The position numbers and the translations under genes were made by a program. A DNA stretch of 64,000 bases from Candidatus Pullichristensenella avicola (GTDB taxonomy: Bacteria > Bacillota > Clostridia > Christensenellales > Aristaeellaceae), in NCBI GenBank assembly GCA_018711655.1, contig DVIA01000043.1:14130-78129 (forward strand). Reading direction: 5' to 3'. Each line of letters begins with the position of its first letter. Within the stretch, counting starts at the first letter, position 1. Below the pieces are notes generated by a model that saw only the letters and a program-made list of their open reading frames with translations, searched no databases and had not been told where the DNA came from. This document shows, in pieces, positions 36,507 to 45,965 of the stretch.

Positions 36507-36951
36507 CGCCATTCTCCCCATAAAGCGCAATGCAGCGCGCGTAATTGCCGACCAGCCAGGGGTTCTTTGCATTCTCTGCGTCCAGCCCTTTCGCAGCGGT
36601 GAGCCGGTCGCGCAATTCGCCGTCGTTTTCGACAAAAAACCAGCCGGAGGCAAGATCCAGAAAAACCATGGCCGGCCATCCGCGCCGCCCGCGGCCCGGC
36701 AGGGCGAAGGCGACGGGGCGCGGCGCTTGCCCCGGCGACAGTTTTTCCCGCAGAGGCGGGTTGAAAAGCACGTTTTCGCGCGCCACGGACAGGGCTTTCT
36801 CACTGGTGAGCGGCAACAGGCGATAGCGCGCTTCCAGCCAGGAAAGCAGCTCCGCGCCGCTTCTGCGGCACGGCGGCGGCACATTCCCGGCGGCGATGCA
36901 GGCGCGGCCCCGGGCGAGGGCGAGGAGCAGGCGCTTTTCCCTTTTCTTCAT
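36484..36951 (-). CDS. hypothetical protein (155 aa)
   Basis: GGAGGGAAT-ATG at 36951 overlaps the crp-like stop (ATGA). Its 3' end overlaps the NUDIX start by 23 nt. No family recognised by eye. Confidence 0.5.
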   Translation of the reverse strand: MKKREKRLLLALARGRACIAAGNVPPPCRRSGAELLSWLEARYRLLPLTSEKALSVARENVLFNPPLREKLSPGQAPRPVAFALPGRGRRGWPAMVFLDLASGWFFVENDGELRDRLTAAKGLDAENAKNPWLVGNYARCIALYGENGDGYTARP

Positions 36952-37622
36952 ATTCCCTCCGCGCCCGTCAGCAAAGTGAAGCGGCTGCGCTCGCACTCGA
37001 TGAGACCATCGCGGCGCATGCGGGAGAGTTCCGCGGAAAGGGCGCTGCGCTCCACGGCCAGATAGTCGGCCAGCTGCTGCCGGTCGAAGGGAATGCCAAA
37101 CGAGCGCGTGCCGCGCCGCACCGCTTCGCCGGAGAGATAGGTCAGCAGGCGTTCGCGGATGGTGTGCGGCGTGATGAGGCGGAGCTTGCGCGAGAGCAGC
37201 AGGTTCTTTCTCGCCATCTCCGTGAGCAGATTGCGCACGAGGCGGGCGTGGAAGGCGCAGGCGTTGGGGCAGAGCGTCAGCACGCGCGTGGCATCGAGAA
37301 AGAGGATATGGCAGTCCGTAGCCGCCACCGCGTTCATGAGCAGCGGCTCGCCCTCCACGCAGGCATATGCTTCGGCAAAGCACTCGCCCGGGCCAAAGCG
37401 CTCAAGGATGCGGCGCCCGCCCCAGGCGTCCACGCGCTCCAGGCGCACGCTGCCCTCCAGTACCAGCGCCATCTCCAGCGCCAGATCGCCGGCGCGCAAA
37501 ATGGTCTCCCCCGCGCCATAGGAGCGGCGGCGGGGCGAGAGACAGCGGAGCATAGCGGATATTTCCACACTGCTGATGCCGGCAAAGAGCGTCGAATCCA
37601 CGAGTATGCGTCTTTCATCCAT
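36948..37622 (-). CDS. Crp/Fnr-family transcriptional regulator
   Basis: AGGAGG-7nt-ATG at 37622. cNMP-binding-type N-domain (LFAGISSVEISAML...GETILRAGD...) and C-terminal HTH RQQLADYLAVERSALSAELSRMRRDGLI. Confidence 0.85.
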   Translation of the reverse strand: MDERRILVDSTLFAGISSVEISAMLRCLSPRRRSYGAGETILRAGDLALEMALVLEGSVRLERVDAWGGRRILERFGPGECFAEAYACVEGEPLLMNAVAATDCHILFLDATRVLTLCPNACAFHARLVRNLLTEMARKNLLLSRKLRLITPHTIRERLLTYLSGEAVRRGTRSFGIPFDRQQLADYLAVERSALSAELSRMRRDGLIECERSRFTLLTGAEGI

Positions 37623-37770
37623 GGGAGTTTCCTCCTGCGCGCGCAAGAAGCGCGCGAAAATGCGGGAGGACACCGCCTCCCGGGTCAAACAGGCTCCCAT
37701 TCCCCTTTTCCCGTTGACAGCGCGCGGGGCCCGCGCCAGCGAAAGTCCCGCGACAAGATGCGCTATGCGA

Positions 37771-38487
37771 TCATTCGTGTACGGTGGTGCCAAGGTCCTC
37801 GCCAGCGGCCACGCGAAGGATATTGCCGAGATTTTCCATGGAAAACACGCGCACCTCCGGGACTTTCTGCTCCATACAGAGCATGAAGGCAGTGAGATCC
37901 ATGACGCGCAGGCCGCGGGTGACGGCCTCGCGGTAGCTGATGTCGCGGATGAGCTGCGCGTCCGGGTTTTTGCGCGGGTCGCTGTCGTAGACGCCCTCGA
38001 CGGTCGTACCCTTGAATACCACGTCGGCCTTCAATTCCGCCGCGCGCAGAGCGGCGCCCGTGTCCGTGGTGAAGAAGGGATTGCCCGTGCCGCCGGCAAG
38101 CAGGACGATCTCGCCGTTTTCCAGGCATGCGATGGCGTCCTTGGCGTTATATAGGCGCGAGAAGCGGTTCATTTCCTGGGCGGTGAACACCGTGGCTTTC
38201 CTGCCCAGGCGGCGCAGGGCGTCCTCCACAGCCAGCGCGTTGATCACTGTGGCCAGCATGCCCATCTGATCGGCGTTGACAGGATCCATCTTCTCGGAAA
38301 AGCGGCCGCGCCAGATATTGCCGCCGCCCATGACCACGCCCACCTGAACGCCCATGCCGGCCAGTTCGGAAATGACGCACGCCACCTCTTCCACGCGCAG
38401 GGCGTCGAAGGTCGGGCTTTGCGCGCCCTCCAGGGTTTCCGGGGCAAGGGTCTCGCCGCTCAACTTGAGTATAATGCGCTTATACAT
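37771..38487 (-). CDS. pyrH: UMP kinase
   Basis: MYKRIILKLSGE..., GGGNIWRG and TTDTGAALRAAE are canonical PyrH motifs. Confidence 0.95.
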   Translation of the reverse strand: MYKRIILKLSGETLAPETLEGAQSPTFDALRVEEVACVISELAGMGVQVGVVMGGGNIWRGRFSEKMDPVNADQMGMLATVINALAVEDALRRLGRKATVFTAQEMNRFSRLYNAKDAIACLENGEIVLLAGGTGNPFFTTDTGAALRAAELKADVVFKGTTVEGVYDSDPRKNPDAQLIRDISYREAVTRGLRVMDLTAFMLCMEQKVPEVRVFSMENLGNILRVAAGEDLGTTVHE

Positions 38488-38556
38488 GCGTTCCACTCCC
38501 TCGTTTTTCAGGCCCGAAAAAAGGGGAACGCGGCGCGTTCCCCTGCGATGCGGTGT

Positions 38557-39468
38557 TTACTTTTTCATCGCGCCGATCTGCTCGGCAACCTCGGCGGCGA
38601 GGTCGTTGACCTTCTTCTCCAGGCCGTCGCCCATCTTGTAGCGGGTGAAGCGGACGATGTTGAGGCCCTTGGCCTTCTGTTCGATCATCTGACCAACGCT
38701 GATATCGCCATCCTTGACGAAGGCCTGTTCGAGCAGGCAGACGTCCTTGTAGAACTTGACGATGCGGCCCTGAACCATCTTTTCGATGATCTTCTCGGGC
38801 TTGCCCTCGTTGCGGGCCTGGGCGATGAGGATTTCCTTCTCGTGCTCCAGGTGCGCGGGATCGACCTCCTCGCGGCGCACATACTCGGGCGCGACCGGAG
38901 AGGCGGCGGCGATCTGCAGGGCTACGTCGTGGATAACTTCCTCGTTGGGCTCGCCTTCGGCCTGCACCAGCACGCCGACCTTGCCGCCCATGTGGATATA
39001 GCTTTCGACGATGCCGCCCTCGTAGCGCACGAAACGGCGGATGGAAATCTTTTCGCCGATCTCGGCGGTGGCGGCGGTGACCATCTGCTCGATGGTGGTG
39101 GATTCGTCCTTGAAGAAGGGCTGCTTGAGCAGCGCCTCGACGTCGGCGGGGTTCTTCTTGGCGACCTGCTCGGCCACGTCGGAAACGAGGGCCTTGAACT
39201 TATCGGTCTTGGCCACGAAGTCGGTCTCGCAATTGACTTCGACGAGGGCGCCGGTAGCGCACTCCTTGCACACGAAGCTGCCCACAAGGCCTTCGGCGGC
39301 GATGCGGCTCTGCTTCTTGGCGGCGGCGGCCAGGCCCTTTTCGCGCAGATAGTCGATGGCCTTTTCAATATCGCCCTCGACGGCGGCAAGCGCCTTCTTG
39401 CAATCCATCATGCCCGCGCCCGTGCGGCCGCGCAGCTCCATTACGATCTTTGCGCTGATTTCAGCCAT
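38557..39468 (-). CDS. tsf: translation elongation factor Ts
   Basis: [45 protein letters not shown] is the canonical EF-Ts UBA-like N-terminus. AGGAGG RBS. Confidence 0.97.
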   Translation of the reverse strand: MAEISAKIVMELRGRTGAGMMDCKKALAAVEGDIEKAIDYLREKGLAAAAKKQSRIAAEGLVGSFVCKECATGALVEVNCETDFVAKTDKFKALVSDVAEQVAKKNPADVEALLKQPFFKDESTTIEQMVTAATAEIGEKISIRRFVRYEGGIVESYIHMGGKVGVLVQAEGEPNEEVIHDVALQIAAASPVAPEYVRREEVDPAHLEHEKEILIAQARNEGKPEKIIEKMVQGRIVKFYKDVCLLEQAFVKDGDISVGQMIEQKAKGLNIVRFTRYKMGDGLEKKVNDLAAEVAEQIGAMKK

Positions 39469-39511
39469 GGGGAAAACCTCCTGTCGGTTTCGGTTCTGTT
39501 TGGTGTTGGAT

Positions 39512-40243
39512 TTATTCGGCGTCGGCTTCCTCAGCGGGGGCTTCGCCGGCGTCGATCTGTTCGCCCTGTTTGCCTTCGAGCACGGCGTCAGCCAGCTTGC
39601 CAGCAATGAGCTTTACGGCGCGGATGGCGTCGTCGTTGCCGGGGATGACGTAGTCGATCTCGTCCGGATCGCAGTTGGTATCGACGATGGCCACGATCGG
39701 GATGCCCAGGGCGCGGGCCTCGGCCACGGCGATGCGCTCCTTGCGCGGATCGACGATGAACAGCGCGCCGGGGAGCTTGCGCATTTCGCGGATGCCGCCC
39801 AGGTTCTTCTGCAGCTTTTCGCGCTCGGCGCACAGCTTGATGACTTCCTTCTTGGGCAGGACGTCGAACTGGCCGTTCTTCTCCATCGCGTCGATGGCGT
39901 TGAGGCGGTCGATACGGGTGCGGATGGTGCGGAAGTTGGTCAGCGTGCCGCCCAGCCAGCGGTTGTTGACGTAGAACATGCCGCAGCGCTTGGCCTCAGC
40001 CTCGATGGATTCCTGCGCCTGCTTTTTGGTGCCGACGAAGAGGATGGACTTGCCCTCCAGGGCCACGTCGCGCACGAACATGTAGGCCTCGTCGATCTTG
40101 CGCACGGTCTTTTGCAGGTCGATGATGTAGATGCCGTTGCGCTCGGTGAAGATGTACTGCGCCATCTTCGGGTTCCAGCGACGGGTCTGATGGCCGAAGT
40201 GGACGCCGGCCTCGAGGAGCTGCTTCATGGAAATGACTGCCAT
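39512..40243 (-). CDS. rpsB: 30S ribosomal protein S2
   Basis: [27 protein letters not shown] is canonical. AAGGAGG RBS. Confidence 0.97.
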   Translation of the reverse strand: MAVISMKQLLEAGVHFGHQTRRWNPKMAQYIFTERNGIYIIDLQKTVRKIDEAYMFVRDVALEGKSILFVGTKKQAQESIEAEAKRCGMFYVNNRWLGGTLTNFRTIRTRIDRLNAIDAMEKNGQFDVLPKKEVIKLCAEREKLQKNLGGIREMRKLPGALFIVDPRKERIAVAEARALGIPIVAIVDTNCDPDEIDYVIPGNDDAIRAVKLIAGKLADAVLEGKQGEQIDAGEAPAEEADAE

Positions 40244-40345
40244 TGTGGGATTCCTCCTTGTTTTTTCCACCCTGCGCTTCGTCTCCGAACGGCATCCCCT
40301 TAGGGACAACGCCGCGCGGATCGGCGCAAGTGCGTTTTCCGACAA

Positions 40346-40375
40346 ATTATAGCACAGATTGGCCCCGGCGCGCAA
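40346..40375 (-). promoter_or_regulatory. rpsB-tsf-pyrH promoter
   Basis: Reverse strand reads TTGCGC (40375-40370), an 18-nt spacer, TGc, then TATAAT (40351-40346). Confidence 0.55.
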
Positions 40376-40415
40376 CAGGAATATGTAAATTTTTGCGCGT
40401 TCACCGCACTTTTTC

Positions 40416-41621
40416 TCACACGCCGCGGTAATTTTTGGCCAATCCGCCCTCAGCCGTCTCGCGATAGCGGCCGGAAAGGTCGCGGCCGGTTTCGTACATG
40501 GTTCGCACAACGGTATCAAGCGATATTTTGCGCGTGGCGGTCAGGAAATTGGCGATGCGCACGGCGTTGATGGCGCGCATGGCGGCAACGGCGTTGCGCT
40601 CGATGCAGGGGATCTGTACAAGGCCGCAGATGGGGTCGCAGGTAAGGCCGAGATGGTGCTCCAGCGCCACCTCAGCGGCGTACTCGATCTGATCCACGCC
40701 CATTTCAAACAGTTCGCCCAGCGCCGCCGCGGCCATGGCGCAGGCCGAACCGATTTCCGCCTGGCAGCCGCACTCCGCGCCGCTGATGGAGGCGTTGGTT
40801 TTGATCAGATCGCCGATCAACCCCGCCACGGCCAGCGAGCGCAAAACGCGCTGCTGCGATATGCCGCGCTGCTCCCGCATGTAGCGCAAAACGCTGGGCA
40901 GCACGCTGCAGGCCCCGCAGGTGGGCGCGGTGACGATCACTCCGCCGTCGGCGTTCTGCTCGCTGATGGCAAAGGCGTAGGCGCAGACGATGCGATCCTC
41001 GCGCGTCTCCGGGCTTTCGTCGATATGCTTCTGGTGGAACAGATACTGCGCCTTGCGCTCCACCTTCAGGCCGCCGGGCAGCACGCCGCGACGGGAAAGG
41101 CCTTCATCGCAGGCGGCGTTCATCGTCCGCCAGACTTCGGAAAGAAAATCCAGTATCTCCTCGCCCTCGCGTTCAAGCACGAAATCGCTCAGGCGCAAAT
41201 TGCGGGATTTGCATATCTCTGCGATCGCGCGGAAGCTGTTTTGCGCGTATACCTCCGCCTTTTCCGCCTCCGTCTCGCCCGGGTAACGCACGTCGCCCCC
41301 GCCCACGCTCAAAGCGCGCAGAAATCCCGTTTGCCGCGCGCCTTCAAAGGCCAGAAAATCCAGCGTGTTGGGATGCTCGAGCGAAAACTCCGCCGTGGGG
41401 ACCCATTTGATTTCCGTCCTGACGGGCGCGAGCGTTTTCATCAGCACGCGGTCCGTGCCGTGGCCCTCGCCGGTTTTGGCCAACGACCCGTACAGGCGCA
41501 CCTCAAAGCGGTCGGCCTCGGGATGCTCCTGCTTAAAGCGCATGGCGGCGCGTTCCGGCCCCATCGTGTGCGAACTGGACGGGCCGCGGCCGATTTTGTA
41601 GATTTCCCGGATGGATTGCAT
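40416..41621 (-). CDS. sdaA: L-serine ammonia-lyase, iron-sulfur-dependent (single-chain)
   Basis: [26 protein letters not shown] resembles the SdaA N-terminus (FKVGIGPSSSHTVGP). The alpha-type C-terminal half contains a [13 protein letters not shown]-like segment. Confidence 0.88.
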   Translation of the reverse strand: MQSIREIYKIGRGPSSSHTMGPERAAMRFKQEHPEADRFEVRLYGSLAKTGEGHGTDRVLMKTLAPVRTEIKWVPTAEFSLEHPNTLDFLAFEGARQTGFLRALSVGGGDVRYPGETEAEKAEVYAQNSFRAIAEICKSRNLRLSDFVLEREGEEILDFLSEVWRTMNAACDEGLSRRGVLPGGLKVERKAQYLFHQKHIDESPETREDRIVCAYAFAISEQNADGGVIVTAPTCGACSVLPSVLRYMREQRGISQQRVLRSLAVAGLIGDLIKTNASISGAECGCQAEIGSACAMAAAALGELFEMGVDQIEYAAEVALEHHLGLTCDPICGLVQIPCIERNAVAAMRAINAVRIANFLTATRKISLDTVVRTMYETGRDLSGRYRETAEGGLAKNYRGV

Positions 41622-41882
41622 ATTTCCGCCTCCTTCCCCGCCCTTCTATCATACCATGCCCGGAAGGGGATTTCCATACGCATACAAAACAAAATTTCAT
41701 TGCCCGTCTTTGCCGGGGCGATGCGGGGCAAGCGGTTGCAGGCATTGGCGGGGCCGCCGGCGGCGAAGCAGGGAGATTCAGACGGCAAACGCGCCGCTCC
41801 GAAGCCGTTTGAAACGGTCATGAAAATGATAAGGACGCCGTTTTGGCGGATTCCCCGAAAATCAGGACGGTTCCATGGACGC

Positions 41883-41916
41883 AAAAATCCCGCTACCATC
41901 GAAAGGGCAGCGGGAA
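41883..41916 (-). terminator. rho-independent terminator after the WG-repeat gene
   Basis: Reverse strand reads TCCCGCTGCC-9nt-GGTAGCGGGA followed by TTTTT. Confidence 0.75.
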
Positions 41917-41925
41917 ATGATCGTA

Positions 41926-43689
41926 TCATTCGCCGTCTATGAGATTCAGAGCCAAGAGCAACTCGTGGGTAACTGTCCCCGTCTCGCTTAAGCCATTGTC
42001 TTGCTGGAATGCAGAAATGGCTGCCTTTGTATTCTTTCCCGCAATGCCGTCAGGCGTTCCGCAATCGTAGCCTGCTTCGTTCAGCGCCGCTTGGACGCTC
42101 TGTATCGTTTCTTGGTCGGTGTATTCCATGAGCATCCTTCGCGCTTCAGCCTCAGCCTTGCGCGCTTCTTCCTGTTCGGCAATATCTTCTTCCCAGCCGG
42201 GCTGAAGTTCATCTCGGGAAACAACTGTAATATTCCCATCTTTTATAAGAGAGAAATAGCCTTCATTGTATGAAATGGCATCATATTCACAGGGAATAAT
42301 AATGTCGCCTGTTCTATCGATTACACCTTGCTTCCCGTCTTCAAAACCATTTCTTCCTTTCGTGATAAAAACAGCGACACCTTCATTGAAGGAATATGCA
42401 TGATCATATTGGAATGGCAAAACGATTTCTCCATTTGTATCAATATAACCGTATTTATCACCATTTTTTACAGGCGCGAGGCCTTCAGAGAAAGTGCCTC
42501 CGTCATAGTCAGTGATAACTATTTGGCCCGTTTTGTCAATATAGCATCTTTGGCCATCTTTGATTGCATAAGAAAGCCCATCGCTGAATCCATAGATGTT
42601 ATCGAACTCAGCAGGAATAACCATCTCCCCTGCTTTATCTATGCAACCATATTTCTGTTTCAACCAATCGTAGCTAGGAGCCAAACCATCCTCAAAATAA
42701 CACTTATCTCCATAACCGAAAGTAGGTATGACTAAGGTGCCTGTTTTATCAATATACCCGCACACTCTATCTTCTACAGAATATACACAAGCGAGCCCTT
42801 CGCTAAAGTCATAGGCAGCATCAAATTCGCAAGGAATAGCCAACGCGCCAGTAGAGTCTATGTAGCCGAATTTTCCGTCTTTTTTGACAACGCTCATGCC
42901 ATCCTTAAATTCTCCTATGGATTCATACTCGCCAAATGGAATAACAACTTCTCCATTTGTATCAATTACTCCCCATTGACCGTCTTTGCATACGGGAGCA
43001 ATTCCTTCACAAAAATCATAGGCAGTACTGTAAATGCAGGGAATGACTATCTCCCCCAAAGTATTGATGTATCCGTGAAGATTCATAATGTTCCAGAATT
43101 GGCACATGCCATCGCTGAATCTCCCAGTATTCTTGGCCGGCAATAGATCACGTAGTCCCGATGAATCCTCAATTATGAAGGAGTACTTACTGATGGGGTT
43201 CTCCTTCTCAGTAAAAACAAACCGTATTGTTCCAGGTTCGCAAAGGGCGGTGAGAACTGTTATGCACTCTTCAGTGTCAACATAAATTTGATCTTCACCA
43301 CTTGGCATGAATGCGCTGAAATAATATTTTTCTCCAGCGCCATCCATCATGGCCACGTCATATTCTAAACTTCTGGAGTATGAGTTTTTCACTACATTAT
43401 TCCCATATTCGATCAGTTTGAATGAAATGCTTATATCATTATAGTTATATCCTTTGTCAATATAGATATATGTTAATAATTCTGAATCCGTCGTCGCGCT
43501 GTTGCTGAATTTGCCTACAATTGGTTCCTTGTTGCTGATATAGTATTCGTCGGTCGGCAAATCAAACTCATCCACATAGGCGCGCTTTTCCCAAATACCC
43601 GTATCTGTTGTCGTTTCAGATTCTGCCCAAACCACAGCGCTGCTTATCAACAGCGCGAAAACCAACAGAGCGGCGGCAAATTTCTTCAT
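41926..43689 (-). CDS. secreted WG-repeat (KWG-type) protein with C-terminal peptidoglycan-binding domain
   Basis: Signal peptide MKKFAAALLVFALLISSAVVWA. About eight repeats of the type GKFGYIDSTGALAIPCEFDAAYDFSEGLA. C-terminus IQSVQAALNEAGYDCGTPDGIAGKNTKAAISAFQQDNGLSETGTVTHELLLAL (PG_binding_1-like). AGGAGGAAGGAAA-ATG. Confidence 0.85.
   Translation of the reverse strand: MKKFAAALLVFALLISSAVVWAESETTTDTGIWEKRAYVDEFDLPTDEYYISNKEPIVGKFSNSATTDSELLTYIYIDKGYNYNDISISFKLIEYGNNVVKNSYSRSLEYDVAMMDGAGEKYYFSAFMPSGEDQIYVDTEECITVLTALCEPGTIRFVFTEKENPISKYSFIIEDSSGLRDLLPAKNTGRFSDGMCQFWNIMNLHGYINTLGEIVIPCIYSTAYDFCEGIAPVCKDGQWGVIDTNGEVVIPFGEYESIGEFKDGMSVVKKDGKFGYIDSTGALAIPCEFDAAYDFSEGLACVYSVEDRVCGYIDKTGTLVIPTFGYGDKCYFEDGLAPSYDWLKQKYGCIDKAGEMVIPAEFDNIYGFSDGLSYAIKDGQRCYIDKTGQIVITDYDGGTFSEGLAPVKNGDKYGYIDTNGEIVLPFQYDHAYSFNEGVAVFITKGRNGFEDGKQGVIDRTGDIIIPCEYDAISYNEGYFSLIKDGNITVVSRDELQPGWEEDIAEQEEARKAEAEARRMLMEYTDQETIQSVQAALNEAGYDCGTPDGIAGKNTKAAISAFQQDNGLSETGTVTHELLLALNLIDGE
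41947..42083. repeat. 137-nt repeat copy A (3' coding module, PG-binding domain)
   Basis: Identical to 44079-44215 except for 2 positions (aligned by eye, base by base). Confidence 0.9.
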
Positions 43690-44013
43690 TTTCCTTCCTC
43701 CTGCAATTCAGGGGCGATTTGAACCGCCCCAGTCCCTAAGCTCCTCTCGCAACTTCCTTGAACGCATGCCAACAACCGACGGCGCACTCTTGTTCCGGCT
43801 CAGTTTCCCATTGCCCGCATACCCAACCCCTCCATTTACATTTCTTGCCAATATTGTACCCACCCCCCGAAAATTTCAGTAGAAATTCATATGTATTTAA
43901 TGTTAATGTGATGATTTCAGATAATTGTTTTGATGAAAAGCGTTTCGTGTATGTTTTGTTAAAAAACGCTTCATTTTGCCTCATGTCCAAGGAAAGAAAA
44001 TGATCGTCCTTAC

Positions 44014-44051
44014 AGAAAAAGCCCCCACTATCCTTCAAAGGATAATGGGGG
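44014..44051 (-). terminator. rho-independent terminator after the second PG-binding gene
   Basis: Reverse strand reads CCCCCATTATCC-6nt-GGATAGTGGGGG (one mismatch) followed by CTTTTT. Confidence 0.7.
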
Positions 44052-44060
44052 TTGGTTATA

Positions 44061-45611
44061 TTATTCGTCTACGATGCCCAGAGCCAAGAGCAACTCGTGG
44101 GTAACTGTCCCCGTCTCGCTTAAGCCATTGTCTTGCTGGAATGCGGAAATGGCTGCCTGTGTATTCTTTCCCGCAATGCCGTCAGGCGTTCCGCAATCGT
44201 AGCCTGCTTCGTTCAAAGCGGTCTGCACACTCCTGACAGTATCTCTATCATTGTATTCCCTCGAAGAAGCCGTTTCTTCCGCACTGGCGGCGCCGCTTTC
44301 TCCCTTGACGCGGTAATTGTATTGATAGTCACGGCCGTCTGACAATTTCATCACAAGCAACAGGTTTTCGTCGCTCGTACTCGCCTCTTCCGGAAGTTCT
44401 ATCAGGGCATGGACGTGACAAGTTTCCAACGGAACCGCAGCCACATCGTTGCTCCAGTGGCTAAACTGATTATCTCCGTCATTTACGACCACAAACCCGG
44501 AATATCCGTAACCATCTCCATAAATGGCAATAACCGTGAACAGTTCCCCAATTCGAATATCCCGCTTCATCAGGTTTTTCAGGCTGCCCTCTGCATGCAG
44601 ATATACTTTTCCGGATTCCGCCGGATACGATTCGTAAAATCCACTCGTATTGCTGGGCAGCAATTCATAGGTCAGTTCAACGTTTTCAAGCGTGAATTCG
44701 TAGTCATTGGTTGTGACCGTTTCGCCCAGCGCCAGCATTGAGGCGGTTTGCGCATCCGTCGTCTCAGAGGACGCCGCATCCGCCCGGCTTACCATATCCT
44801 CATTTCCGGGAACGATCTCGATGTTCATCGTCCCGGCGTCAAATGTAATTGTGGCGATATGCGTGCCGCCATCGGAAACAACGTATTCATCCGCCGTTTC
44901 TTCAACGGTGAAACCGTCATCCTGCAGCGCATTGATATATGCATTGTAAACGTCCTGCGCATCTTCATTTTCATTTTTCAGCGTATAGCTATAGCTGATG
45001 CTGACCACTTGATTGTTGACAGAACGCCTGCCGGAACTGGATTGCCTTACGTCAATGTAGCTCTCGGGCGTTGGCAGGATCGGGCAATCTTCATAATATG
45101 TGATTTCCTTCTCAAGTTCTCCCAACGCTATACTGATCGGCCCCAATGTAAACAATGCGGAATTATCATCGCTGTCCTCGACCGTAAACGTAAGGCTCAA
45201 CGTTTCCAGATCATTATAGCTTGCAATATCAAGATCATCATAGAGCAGCCATATGTAGGACTTCGCCTTGGACCCTGCATTGACTGTGGCCTTGCTGCCG
45301 CCCATTACTGAGTTGTTTACGCTCCAGCCGTTCGCGACGCCGTTGTAGCAAACCCTAATGTTCTTATCTGAATCGTTTTCGATGATCGCCTCCATCCGCA
45401 AAAACTGGAGGCCTTCATCTACAACCTCTCCGGTGAGATATACATTTATTCCGTCCTGCTCAAATATGTCCAGCCTTTCTCCAGGGATAAATTCCAGCGC
45501 GTCGGTTTCTGTGCCGGCCTCTGCTTCCGGCGCGACTTCGGCGATGCACGCAAGCGAATTGCATATCAACAGCAAAGCGATCAGAACATGCGCAAACCTC
45601 TTCATTTTCAT
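44061..45611 (-). CDS. secreted protein with C-terminal peptidoglycan-binding domain (N-terminal and central parts uncharacterized, Ig/DUF4352-like by impression only)
   Basis: Signal peptide MKMKRFAHVLIALLLICNSLACIA. C-terminus VRSVQTALNEAGYDCGTPDGIAGKNTQAAISAFQQDNGLSETGTVTHELLLAL. AGGAGGTATGAAA-ATG. Confidence 0.8.
   Translation of the reverse strand: MKMKRFAHVLIALLLICNSLACIAEVAPEAEAGTETDALEFIPGERLDIFEQDGINVYLTGEVVDEGLQFLRMEAIIENDSDKNIRVCYNGVANGWSVNNSVMGGSKATVNAGSKAKSYIWLLYDDLDIASYNDLETLSLTFTVEDSDDNSALFTLGPISIALGELEKEITYYEDCPILPTPESYIDVRQSSSGRRSVNNQVVSISYSYTLKNENEDAQDVYNAYINALQDDGFTVEETADEYVVSDGGTHIATITFDAGTMNIEIVPGNEDMVSRADAASSETTDAQTASMLALGETVTTNDYEFTLENVELTYELLPSNTSGFYESYPAESGKVYLHAEGSLKNLMKRDIRIGELFTVIAIYGDGYGYSGFVVVNDGDNQFSHWSNDVAAVPLETCHVHALIELPEEASTSDENLLLVMKLSDGRDYQYNYRVKGESGAASAEETASSREYNDRDTVRSVQTALNEAGYDCGTPDGIAGKNTQAAISAFQQDNGLSETGTVTHELLLALGIVDE
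44079..44215. repeat. 137-nt repeat copy B
   Basis: See copy A; there are 2 mismatches in 137 nt. Confidence 0.9.
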
Positions 45612-45726
45612 ACCTCCTGAATTTTTTAAGGAAGATTGATCCGCTCAAACCGCCTCGATTCCCAAGTCTCAAAACACCATTGCCCGCATACGCATTCCCT
45701 CCACTCCAGTTTTTGCCAACATTATA

Positions 45727-45735
45727 CCCCCCCCC
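45727..45735. repeat. homopolymeric C9 (G9 on the coding strand) abutting the -10 box of the 44061..45611 gene
   Basis: Reverse strand reads ...TTGAATTTTGC-GGGGGGGGG-TATAAT. The paralogous leader has GGGGGGTGGG-TACAAT (43869-43878 next to 43863-43868). Confidence 0.85.
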
Positions 45736-45911
45736 GCAAAATTCAATCGAATATTCCATGTATTTAGGGTTAACATGCCGCAATTTGAAGAAGATTATTT
45801 TGATTCGGCATACTGCGTGAAAAATTGTCCGGAAGGCGCTGCATTTCCTGCGTATCCATCGAAATGCCTCTGCCAAAGAGGAAGGGCGCGTGCGCTATAA
45901 AGCGGGCGAGC

Positions 45912-45950
45912 AGAAAAGGAAAAAGCCCGAAAACGCAGTGTTTTCGGGCT
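45912..45950 (-). terminator. rho-independent terminator after the QueG-like gene
   Basis: AGCCCGAAAAC-5nt-GTTTTCGGGCT, followed on the reverse strand by TTTTTCCTTTTC. Confidence 0.8.
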
Positions 45951-45965
45951 TAAGGGCGAAAATCA

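Noticed and set aside
43736-44038. 100-aa ORF, and its counterpart at 45460..45876, both containing GGGYN(I/V)GK
   Set aside because: The shared peptide comes from the conserved promoter/leader nucleotides (G-tract plus -10 box read in-frame). The frames diverge completely outside that block, and the second ORF overlaps the downstream CDS.
41947-44215. Diversity-generating retroelement (template repeat / variable repeat) explanation for the two 137-nt copies
   Set aside because: There is no reverse transcriptase gene in the window. The two mismatches are not adenine-specific, and both copies are coding 3' ends.
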